A stretch of 64,000 nucleotides of DNA from Octopus sinensis (Eukaryota): positions 12,028,001 through 12,092,000 of the forward strand of contig NC_043013.1 in assembly GCF_006345805.1 (NCBI RefSeq), written 5' to 3'. Positions 1 through 14,463 of the stretch are shown here, one piece after another. The stretch's first letter is position 1. The number at the start of each line of letters is the position of its first letter. The position numbers and the translations under genes were made by a program. Below the pieces are notes generated by a model. That model did not search any database. It saw only the letters and a program-made list of their open reading frames with translations, and had not been told where the DNA came from.

Positions 1-12
1 CTGTCTGACTAC

Positions 13-551
13 GAAGAAGAAGAAGAAGAAGAAGAAGAAGAAGAAGAAGAAGAAGAAGAAGAAGAAGAAGAAGAAGAAGAAGAAGAAAAGAAGAATGAAT
101 GAAGAGCACAAAAAAAAACAAAAGACAAAAATAAAGTACATTTGGTGATCATTAAACCGTGACGTTTAATTTACTTTTTTGCAAAAATGGTTGAGTACAT
201 TGCGAGCTGGCTGGCTGTTTTGCTGGCTGGCTTCCAGGCAGGCTAGCTGATCAGCTATTTGGCCGGCACGCTGGCCTTCTTGTTGGACGACTTGCTAACC
301 TAGTAAATCGAATAGCTGTTTGGTTGGCTGGTTAGTTGGTTGGTTGGATATCGTGCTGGTTGTTGATAACGGTTGTGATGGTGGGCAAATCAACCGATCT
401 GGATGACCCGATAGACTGGATGTTGAATTGAATAGCTGGAAGAAGAAGAAGAAGAAGAAGAAGAAGAAGAAGAAGAAGAAGAAGAAGAAGAAGAAGAAGA
501 AGAAGAAGAAGAAGAAGAAGAAGAAGAAGAAGAAGAAGAAGAAGAAGAAGA
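13..551 (+). repeat. Two (GAA)n microsatellites (13-87, 439-551) with a degenerate (GGCT/GGTT)n tract between them
   Basis: Directly visible tandem repeats; they explain the poly-F and poly-L ORFs. Confidence 0.95.
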
Positions 552-1028
552 GAGGAAAAAGAAGAAGAAGAAGAAAACAGAAAATAATTACAAACAAAGA
601 TCTGTGACCACGCTCGTCGTCGGATGGGCAGATCTAGGACGAGACATGACCGAGTGAAAAGCAGGCTGGGCTGAAAATGGGGTAGATAAGGAAGTGGAGG
701 AGGAATGTAGGGGGTAAATGCAGATATGACATATAAAGGTGGTAGGAGGAGAAAGTAGTGTGAGTGAGAGTGTGTGTGTGGGGGGGGAATATCGTAAATT
801 CTTTGTTGTTGCTTGTTTTTTTTATTTTCCATTTTTAGTTTTCTCTGGGAAGTGTTTGGGGTGTGAAAAGCTTCTCTCTCTCTCCCTCTCTATATTCCCA
901 CACACATATATGTGTGTGTGTACATACACATACGTACATGTATATTTATATATGTATGTAAGTATATGTGCATGTATGTATGTATGCATACATGTACATA
1001 TATATGTATATACATATATATATATGAA

Positions 1029-1061
<33 letters not shown>

Positions 1062-1679
1062 GTATATAAATATGCATATATATATGCATGTATGTATGTA
1101 CACACATACACATATATGTATATATATACACATATACACACACATATATATACAAATATACAACATATATGCATATAGATATATGCATATAAATGCACAT
1201 ATACACATACATGGATATGCGTGTGGGTGAAAGTTTTTGGTAAACTCCTTGTCATTTTCTACTCCCACCAAATTCTCTCTCTCCCTCTCTCTTTCTCTCT
1301 CTCTCTCTCTGTCTCGGCACTCCCGACTCTAATCTATTTCTATTTCTCTCTTTCTCTGCATCCCGACCCTGACACCGACCCCTGACGCCCCCCCCACTAT
1401 CACCCCGCTCTAATCAACCACTACCACCACCACCACTACCACCACCACACACACATACACCGCCTATCCGCGACGCCAACTCTATCAGGAATCGGTGCGC
1501 ACGATTGAATCGTCTTTTCCGACGAACCCCTGCACCCCACCTCACCTACGCCCCCCACCCCCGGTCGCGCTTCGGTGACGCCGGCTGCAAGGCTGCAGCT
1601 GCCAACTTGAAGTTCCTTAAGCAATCACATGTGACGACAAAAATCATACCGTCTACTCCTCCGCCTCCTCTTCCTTCTC

Positions 1680-2171
1680 ACCACCACCACCACCACCACC
1701 ACCACCGCCGCCACCACTAACCCACTCAACTTCATTTCACCCCCCTCCCTTCCCCCTGTCCAACCCACTTACATCACTCAACTATAAACTTGTCCTCTCT
1801 TTCTTCCACCTTCTGTCTGCTGTGTCGTTTGTCGTTTGTTTTACTGTCCTCACTCTAATTCAACATCATCATCATCATCATTATCACCGTCATCATCATC
1901 GTCATCGTCGTCGTCGTCGTCATCGTTTTCATCAGCATTACCACAATCATTGTCCTCGACAGTTTCGAAGTTATCGTCGTCGTCGCCATCATCATCATCA
2001 TCATCACCATCATCATTAACATCATCATTATCATCATTATCATCATCATCATCATTATCATCATCACCATTATCATCATCATCATCATTATCATCATCAT
2101 CACCATTATCATCATCATCATCATCATCATCATCATCGACGTCATCATCATCATCATCGTCGTCGTCGTCG

Positions 2172-2207
<36 letters not shown>

Positions 2208-3505
2208 CCATCATCATTATCATCATCATCACCATTATCATCATTATTATCACCATCATGGCCGTTATCATCATTTTCGTCGTCACCGTAATTATTATTC
2301 TCATCGTCGTTGTGGTGGTCCTTGTCATCATCGAAGTCAACATTGATATCATCGTCATCATCATCATCATTGTTATTCTCTTCATTTTCTTCATCTTGGA
2401 AACAACTACCCACCCCTACTAACGCCACCACGGTCAGTACCACCACCACTACCACTACCACCAGGAATCCACTATCACCACCATCATCACCACCACTATC
2501 ATCTTCATCTTCATCATCATCATTATCATCATTGAGGTAATGATCACCAGTCTCCTCTTCCGCATCATCAATCGTTGTCGCCATTGTTACCGTCGTAGAG
2601 AACGCTACTACCAACATCGTTTTCATCATCTTCATTTCTTTCATTTCACAACCACTAGCATTTACAAAATAAGCACCATCACCATCACCACCACCACCAC
2701 CACCACCACCACACCATCACCACCCCACCAACACCCCACCACCACACACACCACCACCATCACCACCACCACCACCACCATCACAACTACCACCAATCAC
2801 CACCACCATCACACCACCACCACCACCAACCACCACCACCACCATCACCACCACCACCATCACCACCACCCATACCACCAGCATCACCACCACCACCACC
2901 ATCACCACCACCACCACCATTACCAACAACAACAACAACAACAACACCAGCAGCAGGATCATCATCATCATTATCATAATTATCGTCAGTGTTCCCCATC
3001 GCCATCGCCAACGGGTGTCGTTAACGTCGCAAGCATTTCAATCGTAATCGTCATTACGGCCATCAGCAAAAAGTGCCAACACTACAAATCGTCATAAGCA
3101 TCTTCAAATGGCATCATCATCATCATCACTGTTATCCTCATCACCGCCACCACCATCACTAATCACCAGCACTGCCATGACCACCACCACTGCCAATACT
3201 TCCAACTTCATCATGATCACTATTATCATCATGATCATCATCGCCATCATCATCATCATCATCATTAACCAATATCGCCGTTTCTTGCGCGTATCCTCCT
3301 CAGTGATTTTCTTCCGGTACTCTTTCCTGCTGAAACCACCACCACCACCACCACCACCACATTCATCAGCACCGCCATGACCATCATATTCGTCATCATC
3401 ATCATCATCAGTAACAGCAACATCATTAACCAATACCGTCGTTTCTTGCACGTGACCTACTCGGTTATGTTTCGTCTGGTACTCTTTCCTGCCGAAACCA
3501 CCGCC
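1680..3505 (+). repeat. Compound degenerate trinucleotide tract (CAT/CAC/CGT/CAA)n
   Basis: Continuous stop-poor triplet repeats; source of the poly-S/H/D/M/T ORFs on both strands. Confidence 0.9.
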
Positions 3506-3611
3506 ATTTTTCAATGTGCATTGTTAAATATATGTATATATGTATGTAGATAAATAGATAGATACATAATATACATACATATATACATACATACACACAC
3601 ACCACACACTA

Positions 3612-3644
<33 letters not shown>

Positions 3645-3700
3645 TATATTATATATATGTATATATCTATATATATATATAAATATATATATATGTGTAT

Positions 3701-3759
<59 letters not shown>

Positions 3760-4222
3760 ACAGTATACAACGGCAAAAGCACTCCAATGCGAAATATAAA
3801 ATAATATTGTAGCTAGCTGAGAGGATATCACAAACTGTTACGCAAAGTTTCATGTAATCGATCACAACACTCTGTGAATTTTTTTCATAATGTTGTCATT
3901 TAGAAAACCTTATAAAAAGTGTAGTGATTATTATTTAGTAATACAATCAAAAGATGATATATGGATGATATATGACTGACCGTAAAGGAAAAACTTTAGC
4001 ATGTTGTCATAATATGATTACCACAATGCTTTAGAAAATCCGTTATCCATAGCAGTGTTCAAAATACGCTCGACTGTCAGTTTGTCGGTTACGTGAAACT
4101 CTGAGTAACTGCGAAAGATCAGCCGATGATCTTGCAAAAAGCAAAGTCGTTAGTTCTTAAACCTGTATAAGACACACACAGACACAGGCACAGACAGACA
4201 GACACACACACACATACACACA

Positions 4223-4263
<41 letters not shown>

Positions 4264-4400
4264 ATAAAAACACACACACACATATGCGTGTGCGTGTGTG
4301 GATCTTATAGAGATTTTAGAACTAGCAACTTTGCATGTTGCAAGATGAGCGGGTGAATCTAGCTTATTATTCTATATATTGCGAACTAGCGGACGAGTGT

Positions 4401-4448
4401 TAGGTACTGAAGAAGGGAAAATACCCTGAAACCAGAGTGGTCTACTTG
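4401..4448 (+). ncRNA. Type I hammerhead ribozyme (canonical core)
   Basis: Stem I UAGGUA(4401-06)/UACUUG(4443-48); core CUGAAGA(4407-13); stem II AGGG/CCCU with loop AAAAUA; GAAA(4428-31); stem III ACC/GGU with loop AGAGU; GUC cleavage triplet ending at 4442. Confidence 0.8.
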
Positions 4449-5189
4449 TCCTATCAAATCGGTAGATGGTAGGGGTTCGCTCCCCTGCTCGCAGTATATT
4501 GGACACAGGCTGTGTCATTAAACAGCTTGAGGTGTTCTCCTGGGATTAAAAAGTAGTAACGTAGTTCCATACGGAGTAGCCACATTGAAGTAGCAATAAA
4601 CATATGTGTGTGAGTGTAAATAAGAAATTGTGGCACAACAAGGCACCAATGGTTGCTGGAAATAGCAGTCGATAACCGTACGACGCTATGTAAAGTGTCA
4701 CTGAATCCATACAGGCAAAGATGTGAGCGGGCGGGGAACATAAAAAACGTTCGTCTTACCTCAAGGAAGAACAATCTAGAATGAATAACCTAGTATTCAA
4801 GTTTCAAACTTTCAAAAATACGTTTGTTATCGTAAATTAGGCCAGTGATCACTGAAGACGGATTTTTAAAATATCAGCAACATTAATGCCAGTATATTCG
4901 GCCATAAACAGAACCGAGATTAGTGGAAAAAGCTTTATAGAAAATAATATCATTGCATTAATATTTATAATTTGTGTGTGTGTGTATGTGTGTGTATGTG
5001 TGTGTGTGTACTAGTGCCTGCCGTAGACGTGGAGCTGTATATGTGTATTTGTCGTTGCAATCAACAACACCCTCACACTTCAAATACTCATCGTGGTCGT
5101 TTTGACTCCTATTTTAGTTGTAGCTGATCTCCGGCAATTTATATACCTACAGGCCCTCACAAACCACCAGCTACCTCATCGATGTCGTC

Positions 5190-5191
5190 CC

Positions 5192-5229
<38 letters not shown>

Positions 5230-6074
5230 CCTTCTTCTTCTTCATCTTTTTCTTTTTCTTCTTCTTCTTCCACTACTATTTCTTTCTTCTTCTTCTCCTT
5301 CGTACTTCTCCATCACCTTCTATCTCCTCCTCCTCCACCTTATTTTCTTCTCCTCCACCTCCTCTTCTTCCTCCTTCTCCACCTTCTTATTCCTCCTCCT
5401 TCACTTTCTTATTCCTCCTCCTCCACCTTCTTATTCCTCTTCTTCTTCTCCTTCGTCCTTCTCCATCACCTTCTATCTCCTCCTCCTCCACCTTATTTTC
5501 TTCTCCTCCACCTCCTCTTCTTCCTCCTTCTCCACCTTCTTATTCCTCCTCCTTCACCTTCTTATTCCTCCTCCTCCGCCTTCTTATTCCTCTTCTTCTT
5601 CTACTTCTTTTTCTTTTTCATTTTCTTCTCTTTCTTTTTCTTCATCTTCTCCTTAATCTTCTTATCATTATTATTATTTTTCTTCTCGTCCTCCTCCTGC
5701 TTCACCTTATCCTTCCTCCTCCTCTTTCACCTTCTTTTCTTCTTCTCCGCCTCCTCCTCCTCTTCTTCATCCTCCCCACCGACCTTCTTATTTCTCCTCC
5801 TCCGCCTTTTTCTTCTTCTTCTTCTTCTTCTTCGGCGTCTTCTTCCTCTACGTCCTTCTTCTTCTCTTCTTCTTCTTCTTCTTCTTCTTCTCTTCTTCTT
5901 CTTCTTCTTCTTCTTCTCGGCGTCTTCTTCCTCTACGTCCTTCTTACCTCCTTCTTCATCCCATTGTAGTTGGTGAATATAATATCCACGTGTTATAATC
6001 GATCGTATTATGATTTCATTCCTATTAGCAATTTTTCCATCCAACAAACGACAGTTAATCATGGCGGTTTTTTA

Positions 6075-6112
<38 letters not shown>

Positions 6113-6436
6113 TATTATTATTATTTTATTATTATTTATTATTATTATATTATTATTATTATTATGGTTGTTGTTGTTGTTGTTGTTAGTATTATTTTGG
6201 TTGTTGTTTTTGTTGTTATTATTAAAAGATTATTATTATTATTACTATCATCATTATTATTATCACAATGTTCGTAATAATATTAATAATACTATCGTAA
6301 TTATTGTTATCATTAATATTATTGTTGTTATTGTATTCTATCCTAACCATTATTATTGTTATTGTTATTGTTACTGACGTTGTTGTTTATATCATCATCA
6401 TTATTGTTGTATATTTACTATTGTCACTCATTATTA

Positions 6437-6488
<52 letters not shown>

Positions 6489-6542
6489 GATTGCTGTTCT
6501 TGTTATCTCTCTAATTATTATTATTACCACCACTACCACCAC

Positions 6543-6605
<63 letters not shown>

Positions 6606-6660
6606 TATTATTATTACTATTATTATCATTAGTGTTGTTTCGTTCTTTGTGGTGTTGTAC
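5190..6660 (+). repeat. Compound (CAT)/(CTT/CTC)/(ATT)n tract containing a 153-bp tandem duplication (about 5283-5600)
   Basis: Visible repeats; a 51-aa periodicity in the 5093..5656 ORF reflects the duplication. Confidence 0.9.
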
Positions 6661-8281
6661 AGATTTTTGTTATATATGTTTTTATTTTTCTTAGTTGTTA
6701 TTGTTATCTTCGTTGTTGCTCTGGGTATTGTTCTTCTTCTGGTACCAGAAGTTCCTCTGTAATTGTTAGATATGTTTGTCTATATATAATACATAAATAC
6801 ATGCATGCATCATATATATATCCATGCGTGCGTGCGTGTGTGTAAAAGTGTGTAAATTATATAATATTCAAGCAAGCACCCACACACATATACACACATA
6901 TACACATTCATAATAACTGTTTGATGATATATATATATATATATTTATTTCTTCATGCACACACACATATATACATATACATATATGTATGTACGTGTAT
7001 GAGTATATATATATACATACACACGCACATACGTATATCTTATATATATATATATATATTAATTCTGCATTTTTGTATATTTATTTCTTTATACACATAC
7101 ATATATACATATACGCATATGTATGTAGGTGTATAAGTATATGCATATACATACATACGTATATATACATACGTATACATACGTATATATATATATATAT
7201 ATATATTTTAATTGTGCATTTTTGCATTTTTCCTCAACAATTCCTCGACTTTCATAAATTCTCTTGCACTACGTTCACCGCTATCGCTACCACTGCTTCC
7301 ACCACTACCACTACCATAAGCACCCCCATTACAACCACCTAGACTATCACAACCACAAACACCAGAAAAAAAATCAGTAACTGCGCTACCACCACCAACA
7401 CCACCACTACTACCTCCTCTACTACTATCACGCTCCTCCGCCACCAGTGCCACTATTTCCACCACTAACACCATCTGCACCATTCTATACTAGCGCCTTA
7501 TTTCTCTATTTCCATCATTTAATTACATCGCAATACATTCTGTGTCGGAAACAATAATATTAAGTTTGTTTTAACCAGTTCCCTTGTTTTTCGCTTATGA
7601 CTGTTCGTCTATCAGTTGCTGAACACATTCTAATTATGGCTTCATAGTTTCATAGCCACAACAATTACAACAACAACAACAACAACAACAACAACAGCAG
7701 CAGCAGTACGAGAACAACGTTAAACAACAACACGCGGAAAATCGCCAGGAGCAATAACGATAACTCGGACAACATTAATTATAGTGATAATGATGACGAC
7801 GACAGCTCCGTCGTCATGATGATGGTGATGATGGTGGTGGTGGTGGTGGTGGTGTGGTGGGGTGGTTGTAATTATGTTGATGATAATATTAACAGTAAAT
7901 ATTCTCCTCAATACCAAAGACTTGCTTGTCAGTTGCTTGCCCTTAACTAGTTGAGCATATCCATTGGTGGCTGACGATATATGCATCTCTGATCACAAGC
8001 AGAAGTAGTGGGAATGCATCATAACCGTGTGGTGAGATGAATTTTTTTGAGTTTCAATAATTCACCTTTGGAAACATGGGTGTTTCGTTCAATATTCTTA
8101 AAAGCCCTTATTCAGGGATCCTTTGGGCGGGATGGGCTACTCGACTTGAAGAAAATTCTAACTGGGCCCCTACCTGCAAGGTCATGCGCCGTTTATCTTG
8201 ACATGAGATCACCAAGTCGCGCACATATGGTTGTGATGCATGTGCCTGGTATATTTGGCTTCGCATAATAATAATAATAAT

Positions 8282-8343
<62 letters not shown>

Positions 8344-8355
8344 GGCGATGATGAT

Positions 8356-9430
8356 GATTGAGACTAATGGATATAAATATCTGCGGATTTTTGATTTCAA
8401 CAAAATCAAGGGAAGTGATTTAGGCGAGAATATCTCAGAAGAACCAAAGTAATTATAGGAAGTAGGCGCAATGGTAAAAAACAAGATCAGGGCAATTAAC
8501 ACATGAGCTGTTTCCTTAATGCGATACAGTGCAGGTGTTGTTAGGTGGACAAAGAACAACCTTGAGGAAATTAATAGGAAAACTAGAAAAGCGATGACAA
8601 TTATTAACAAGGAACTACACTCCAAAAGCTAGTAAGTGCCTAGGAACAGGGGAGGAAGAGGCCTCATAGGGTGTAAGATTTGTGTTGCCATCGAGTAGGA
8701 CAGTCTGGGATGGTACACCAAACAGCAACGTGAATCCTTGCTTGCTGCTGTTAGAATTAACAATATAATACCTACCGAAAATATGATGCACTCACAAACT
8801 TTTAAGAGACAAGATGAAGAAGAAATAGGGAAGAATAGGAAAATGAAATCACTGCATGGCCAATAACTCAGAGAAATCGAAGGGAAAGACAAGATCAATA
8901 TTTGGAGATTGCTAAAAAAAAATGTGATCTGAAAGGATGCATTGATATGGCATTGATAGGCAGTTCTCAAGTATAAGCTCTGAGAACTAATTACACCAAG
9001 TTCCAAATAGATAAGAGGAGCGAATCACCCCTCTGTAGGAAGTGTGGGAGCAGAAACGAAACAATCTCAGATATTGTGAGTGAGTGAGCGAACTGGCCCC
9101 AAAGCACTTCAAAAAGAGGCACAATAACGTGGCTAAGTTTGTCCTTTGGAGATTATGTGGAAAGTGCGTCCTAAACAGAACACGCAAATGGTACGAACAT
9201 GAACAAGACGGAGTCACCGAGAACAAGGAATATAAGAGACTGTAGGATTTTACAATCCAGTGTGACTCCCTAATAGATGTTCGGAGACCAGATACTGTTG
9301 TGGTAGATGAAGGAAACCAAGGTTATAGATATTGCAATATCTGAGGATGCATTCATAAGTAACAAAGAACAAGAAACAATTGAGAAATACAGACTATTAA
9401 AAGACGAATTTGCAAGAAAGAGCTGTAATT
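8356..9430 (+). mobile_element. Decayed 5'-truncated non-LTR retrotransposon, R4/Dong-like (RT C-terminus, CCHC knuckle, restriction-like endonuclease)
   Basis: Frameshifted translation: NGYKYLRI; NGKNKIRAINT*AVSLMRYSAGVVRW; RGGRGL; SPLCRKCGSRNETISDIVSE; KRHNNVAK; RRPDTVVVD..VIDIAI..KEQETIEKY. Several stops. Confidence 0.85.
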
Positions 9431-9679
9431 TCAGAATGAATTAGAGGAGCAAGTATAGATTTAAGAAAACTAGTAAGAATAATATCATAAATTTTCACCC
9501 AGTAGTAGTAGTAGCAGCAGCAGCAACAATATTCAAGAATCAATCCACAAATAACAGCACCAACATTGACAGCCACCACAAAACTAGAACTATGACAAAA
9601 CCTGCAATTGCAGCAGCAAGAATAACAGCAACAACAACAATAAAAGGCACAAAATAACGTTGCCTGAATTACTCCTTTG

Positions 9680-10110
9680 TACTAAAGGTACAAGGCATGA
9701 CATTTTAGGGAGGGAACTAATGGATTACAATATTTCACTGGTACTTAATTTATCGACCCCAAAATGTTAAGTCGAACTCGGCGGAATTTGAACTCAGAAC
9801 GTAAAGACGGACGAAATGCTGCTGAGCAATTTTGCCCGGTGCGCTGACGGTTCTGCCAGCTTGCCTCCTTGCTCAATCCCGTAATTAATACTAATAATAA
9901 ATAGAACAACAACTACCACAATAATATTGGTTTCAAATTTTGGCACAAGTCCATCAAGTCGATTACATTGACTACACTGTTCAACTGACACTTATTTTAT
10001 TGACTCCGAAATGATAAAAGCCAAAGTCGGCCCAGGCGTAATTTGAACTTGAAACGGGACGAAATGCCTAAGCATTTCACCCGGCGTGCTAACAATACCG
10101 CCCTGCCTGC
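9680..10110 (-). mobile_element. Two partial copies of SINE family B (family of 22395 and 63179)
   Basis: Reverse complement of ...gagttcaaattccgccgag...gtcgataaattaagtaccag shared with 22395-22800. Confidence 0.75.
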
Positions 10111-10189
10111 TGGCCGAACCACCACAATAATACTGACAGGTTGGGCAACAAGAACAAAACTATGACAACATCATTTAGAACAAATACTT

Positions 10190-10395
10190 TTTTTATTCTT
10201 TTACTTGTTTCAGTGATTTGACTGCGGCCATGAGGGAGCACCGCCTTTAGTCGAGCAAATCGACCACAGGACTTATTCTTTGGAAGCCTAGTACTTGTTC
10301 TACTGGTCTCTTTTGCGGAACCGCTAAGTTACGGGGACTTAAACACGCCACCATCGGTTGTCAAGCGATGTGGGGGGGACAAACACAGACACAAA

Positions 10396-10486
<91 letters not shown>

Positions 10487-10648
10487 ATATTTTACATACG
10501 GCGCTTCTTTCAGTTTCCGTCTACCAAATCCACTTACAAGGTTTTAGTCGGGCTGAAGCTATAGTAGAAGACACTTGCGCAATGGAAATGAACCCGGAAC
10601 TATATGGTTGGTAAGCAAGTTACTTACCACACTGCCACTCCTGCACCT
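10190..10648 (-). mobile_element. Full-length tRNA-derived SINE family A with internal (CA)n/(TA)n
   Basis: Minus strand reads aggtgcaggagtggcagtgtggtaag...ccgggttc...gatttggtagacggaaactgaaagaagc-[microsatellite]-...aaggcggtgctcc..catggccgcagtcaaat..gaaacaagtaaaaga; many paralogues in the window. Confidence 0.9.
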
Positions 10649-11089
10649 ATGTAGTACATTTAGAAATATACTTTTACCACTATAAATAGTATCGAATATT
10701 GGTGCCCTAATAGAAAATGCATATGTTAATAATTCTCGAAACGCCAATATTTATTAAATTAATTATTAAATTCATTAATTTAAAATTTAATTTAAAAACA
10801 AAATTCTTACTTTTATATTTGCAAAAAAAAAAAATATGTTATCATTAACCAAACTAGTGATTAATTATCAATTAATCGCACATGTAAATTGTGAATTCCA
10901 TATTAAGTAGCGAGGTGCGTTTAGCGTGACCAAGCCACTATCTCTTGTGATATTCGTATTCTGGTTGCATAGTTTCATAACACCAACAACATCAATGACA
11001 AAAATAATAATAATAATAATAGCAACAGCAGTACAGCAGCAACAATAACAATAATACCACCTGTTAAATAAGTATTAATCCAAAGGTAG

Positions 11090-11300
11090 TGAGCCTGCAG
11101 TGTCGTTAGCGTGTCAAAAAGGCTTAGTATTTTTTCTGGTCCTTTACATTCTGAGTTTCATTACTGCCGTGGTCGACTCTTTTTTTTTATTGTTTCGGAG
11201 TCGATAAAATATCGTAGCAGTCAAGCACTTAGCTCGGTACCATTGTCTACCCTCTTCTGCCTAAATTGCTGGTTTTGTGCCAAAAACTTGAAACAATATA
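11090..11300 (+). mobile_element. Degenerate SINE family B copy
   Basis: ggtagtgagcctgcag...ctgagtttcattactgccgtggtcgact...gtcgataaaatatc, similar to 22395. Confidence 0.6.
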
Positions 11301-11799
11301 GGTAATACGCTAAGGCAGCATGATGTTAGAATCGTTACCGCGTTGGATGAAATATAATTACACGTAACTAGCCCTACGCCGTCAAATGTGATGGCTAATT
11401 GAAGTATTTTATACATAAATAAGGTACAAAATATAATAATAACAGATACAAACATTCACATATTTCCCTTGTACACGCACACACATACAAACATATACTG
11501 ACACGTAGTTGAAACGCTGTTTGATTTTTCTTTTCAGTGTTGAATGTTCACCATTCCACTTCCATTTTTTACCAACTTCCTTTCTCATGCTTATATTGTG
11601 ACGAAGAAATACACATGAGTATTATTATAGTAGATTCTTCCAGATTTTGCGTTCTCAGTGCAAAAACTAGCGGAGTCAGCTTTGAGTTCCATCGTTGGGG
11701 ATTGATAAAATAAAGTACCAATCAAGTACTGGAGTAGATTTAATAAAACAGACGGACAGACATACAAGCAACCAGGCAGATAGATATATCTATATATAG

Positions 11800-11815
11800 A
11801 TAGATATATCTATAT

Positions 11816-11911
<96 letters not shown>

Positions 11912-11912
11912 T
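11800..11912 (+). repeat. (GATA)n microsatellite
   Basis: Direct tandem repeat. Confidence 0.95.
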
Positions 11913-12615
11913 GAAAAATAGATAGATGGACAAATAGTTAGAAATGTCTAACAATGCATGTTGTACACAAAGTGTAACGAATGGAATGAATCCTTGCTGT
12001 CTTACAGAATTTCATTGACAATAAATTTACGGATTTCAATCTACTGTCCAAATCTGAACTCATCCTTGTTCTACCAGCTTCCGTACAGTTTCATTCTACG
12101 AAATTCTCCTCTACACTATATAAAATACTCATTGATGTAATTTGTTGCTCCGATGACTCGAAACCAGTACCACGTGCTTTCAATCCAAACTTGTTAAACA
12201 CACGTGTAAGCTTTACGCCTACGTGTATATTATCTCCTATGACATATCCTTGTTGTTATTTCTTCATTAACGCTTTTCACATCAGAGCAAAGACGTTAAG
12301 CCGTACCCCTATCTTCTCCAACACCTTACCCCACCCATACACACACATATATAGCCATTATTTTATAGGTTTCATCGTTCAATATCCACGTTATGTATAC
12401 CTTTGTTGTGTTTGATATTGCTATTGTAGATGATGATTATACGACTAGATCTTTCTTTTGACGCTTTTGATATTCAAGTAAGTGTTCATGTTATTGTTCA
12501 TGTTCTTGTTCTTCTTCATGGCGTTATTGTTGTTGCAATTATTGTCGTTATTGTTTTTGTTCTTTTTTTGTCATATATATAGCTGTATTTTTATGCGTAT
12601 GAATAAAATAAATAC

Positions 12616-12648
<33 letters not shown>

Positions 12649-12869
12649 TAATAATATATATATATTATATATATATATATATACTTATGTAGATACATGT
12701 ACATATAATCAATATAAGTATATACATACATACATATACTATATATATAGATATATATATATATATTATATATATATATATAGTATACTGTTGCTATCGT
12801 GGTTATTGTTCTCCCTCTATATTTTTGTATTTGATTATTTCATGTTTGCATTGTTAGCATGCATGTAAA

Positions 12870-12940
<71 letters not shown>

Positions 12941-13277
12941 CATAATACTATATAATATATACATATATATATATATATATATACAATATACATACATATA
13001 TATACATATGTATAATATATATTATATGTGTGCGTGTATATATACATATATACATGTGCATACAATATATTACTGGCTTGTATTTCTTACGTTTTCACAC
13101 GCACAAAACTCAACACAAGAATTCCGCTAACACACTTATGTATAATATATATATATATATAAGGAAAGAGGGGAGAGATACAAATACATATACATACATA
13201 CACACATATATATGTGTTTTTTATATATACATAATATATATTAGATATATATTTTATACACACGCATATATATATAT

Positions 13278-13313
<36 letters not shown>

Positions 13314-13565
13314 CTGTTGTTCTTCCTCTATTCTGATATACCAGGAGCAGCAAAATGTTCACTGATAAGAGAAAGACGGAGAGAAAATAGAAAAGCTCAA
13401 CAAAAAAGTTAGGAAAGTTGCAAAATGAATCCCTGTAATCGCTGTGCGCGATCTCATCTTGTAATATAACAAAAAGTAATAACTTCAGCAGCATAGAGAA
13501 TAAGATCCAGATATTTAGACAAAACGCACAGAGAAACGTGTACACATCTACGTGTATGAATACGT

Positions 13566-13606
<41 letters not shown>

Positions 13607-13852
13607 TATATATGAGTGTATACATGTGTATATGTGTATCTGCGTATGATCTTGCGAGTGTGTGTGACTGTGTGTGTGAGTGTTATACTCATCGTTTAGG
13701 TAGCTTGCATACCACCTCGTTTATCTACAGATCCACGTATGGCCGTCTGTTTATAAACGCATACATATACGGATATATGTATTAGTGTGTGTATGTGCGT
13801 ATGCTACGATGTATGTGCGCACGTATGTATGCATATATACATATATATATAA

Positions 13853-13939
<87 letters not shown>

Positions 13940-14302
13940 ATGGATGTATATATATATAAGCGTATATACAAGCATATATACAGAAGTATACATATATAGT
14001 CATAGTAAAACACACACATACATACAAAGTACGCTAGAAAATACAAAGGTAGGTAGATATAAAGGGAGCTGTGTCCATATCTAGGTAGGTATTTATGCAT
14101 ATATATATTCGTGTATATATATATAATATATCACATATACTTTCAGCAAGCTTCTGTTTATACATATCACTAGTTTTAGGCATTTAATCAAACTTTGTAG
14201 GATGAACGTATGGTATATAAGAATGCCAACAAACCGACATACATCTTCATATATGTAATGTATATATATATATATATAATATATATTATATATATATATA
14301 TA

Positions 14303-14347
<45 letters not shown>

Positions 14348-14395
14348 GACATATATATATATATATATATAGATATATATATATATATATATACT

Positions 14396-14463
<68 letters not shown>

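Noticed and set aside
12150-12169. CCGAUGA-CUC-GAAAC-CA-GUA HHR-like string
   Set aside because: No stem II and no stem I pairing.
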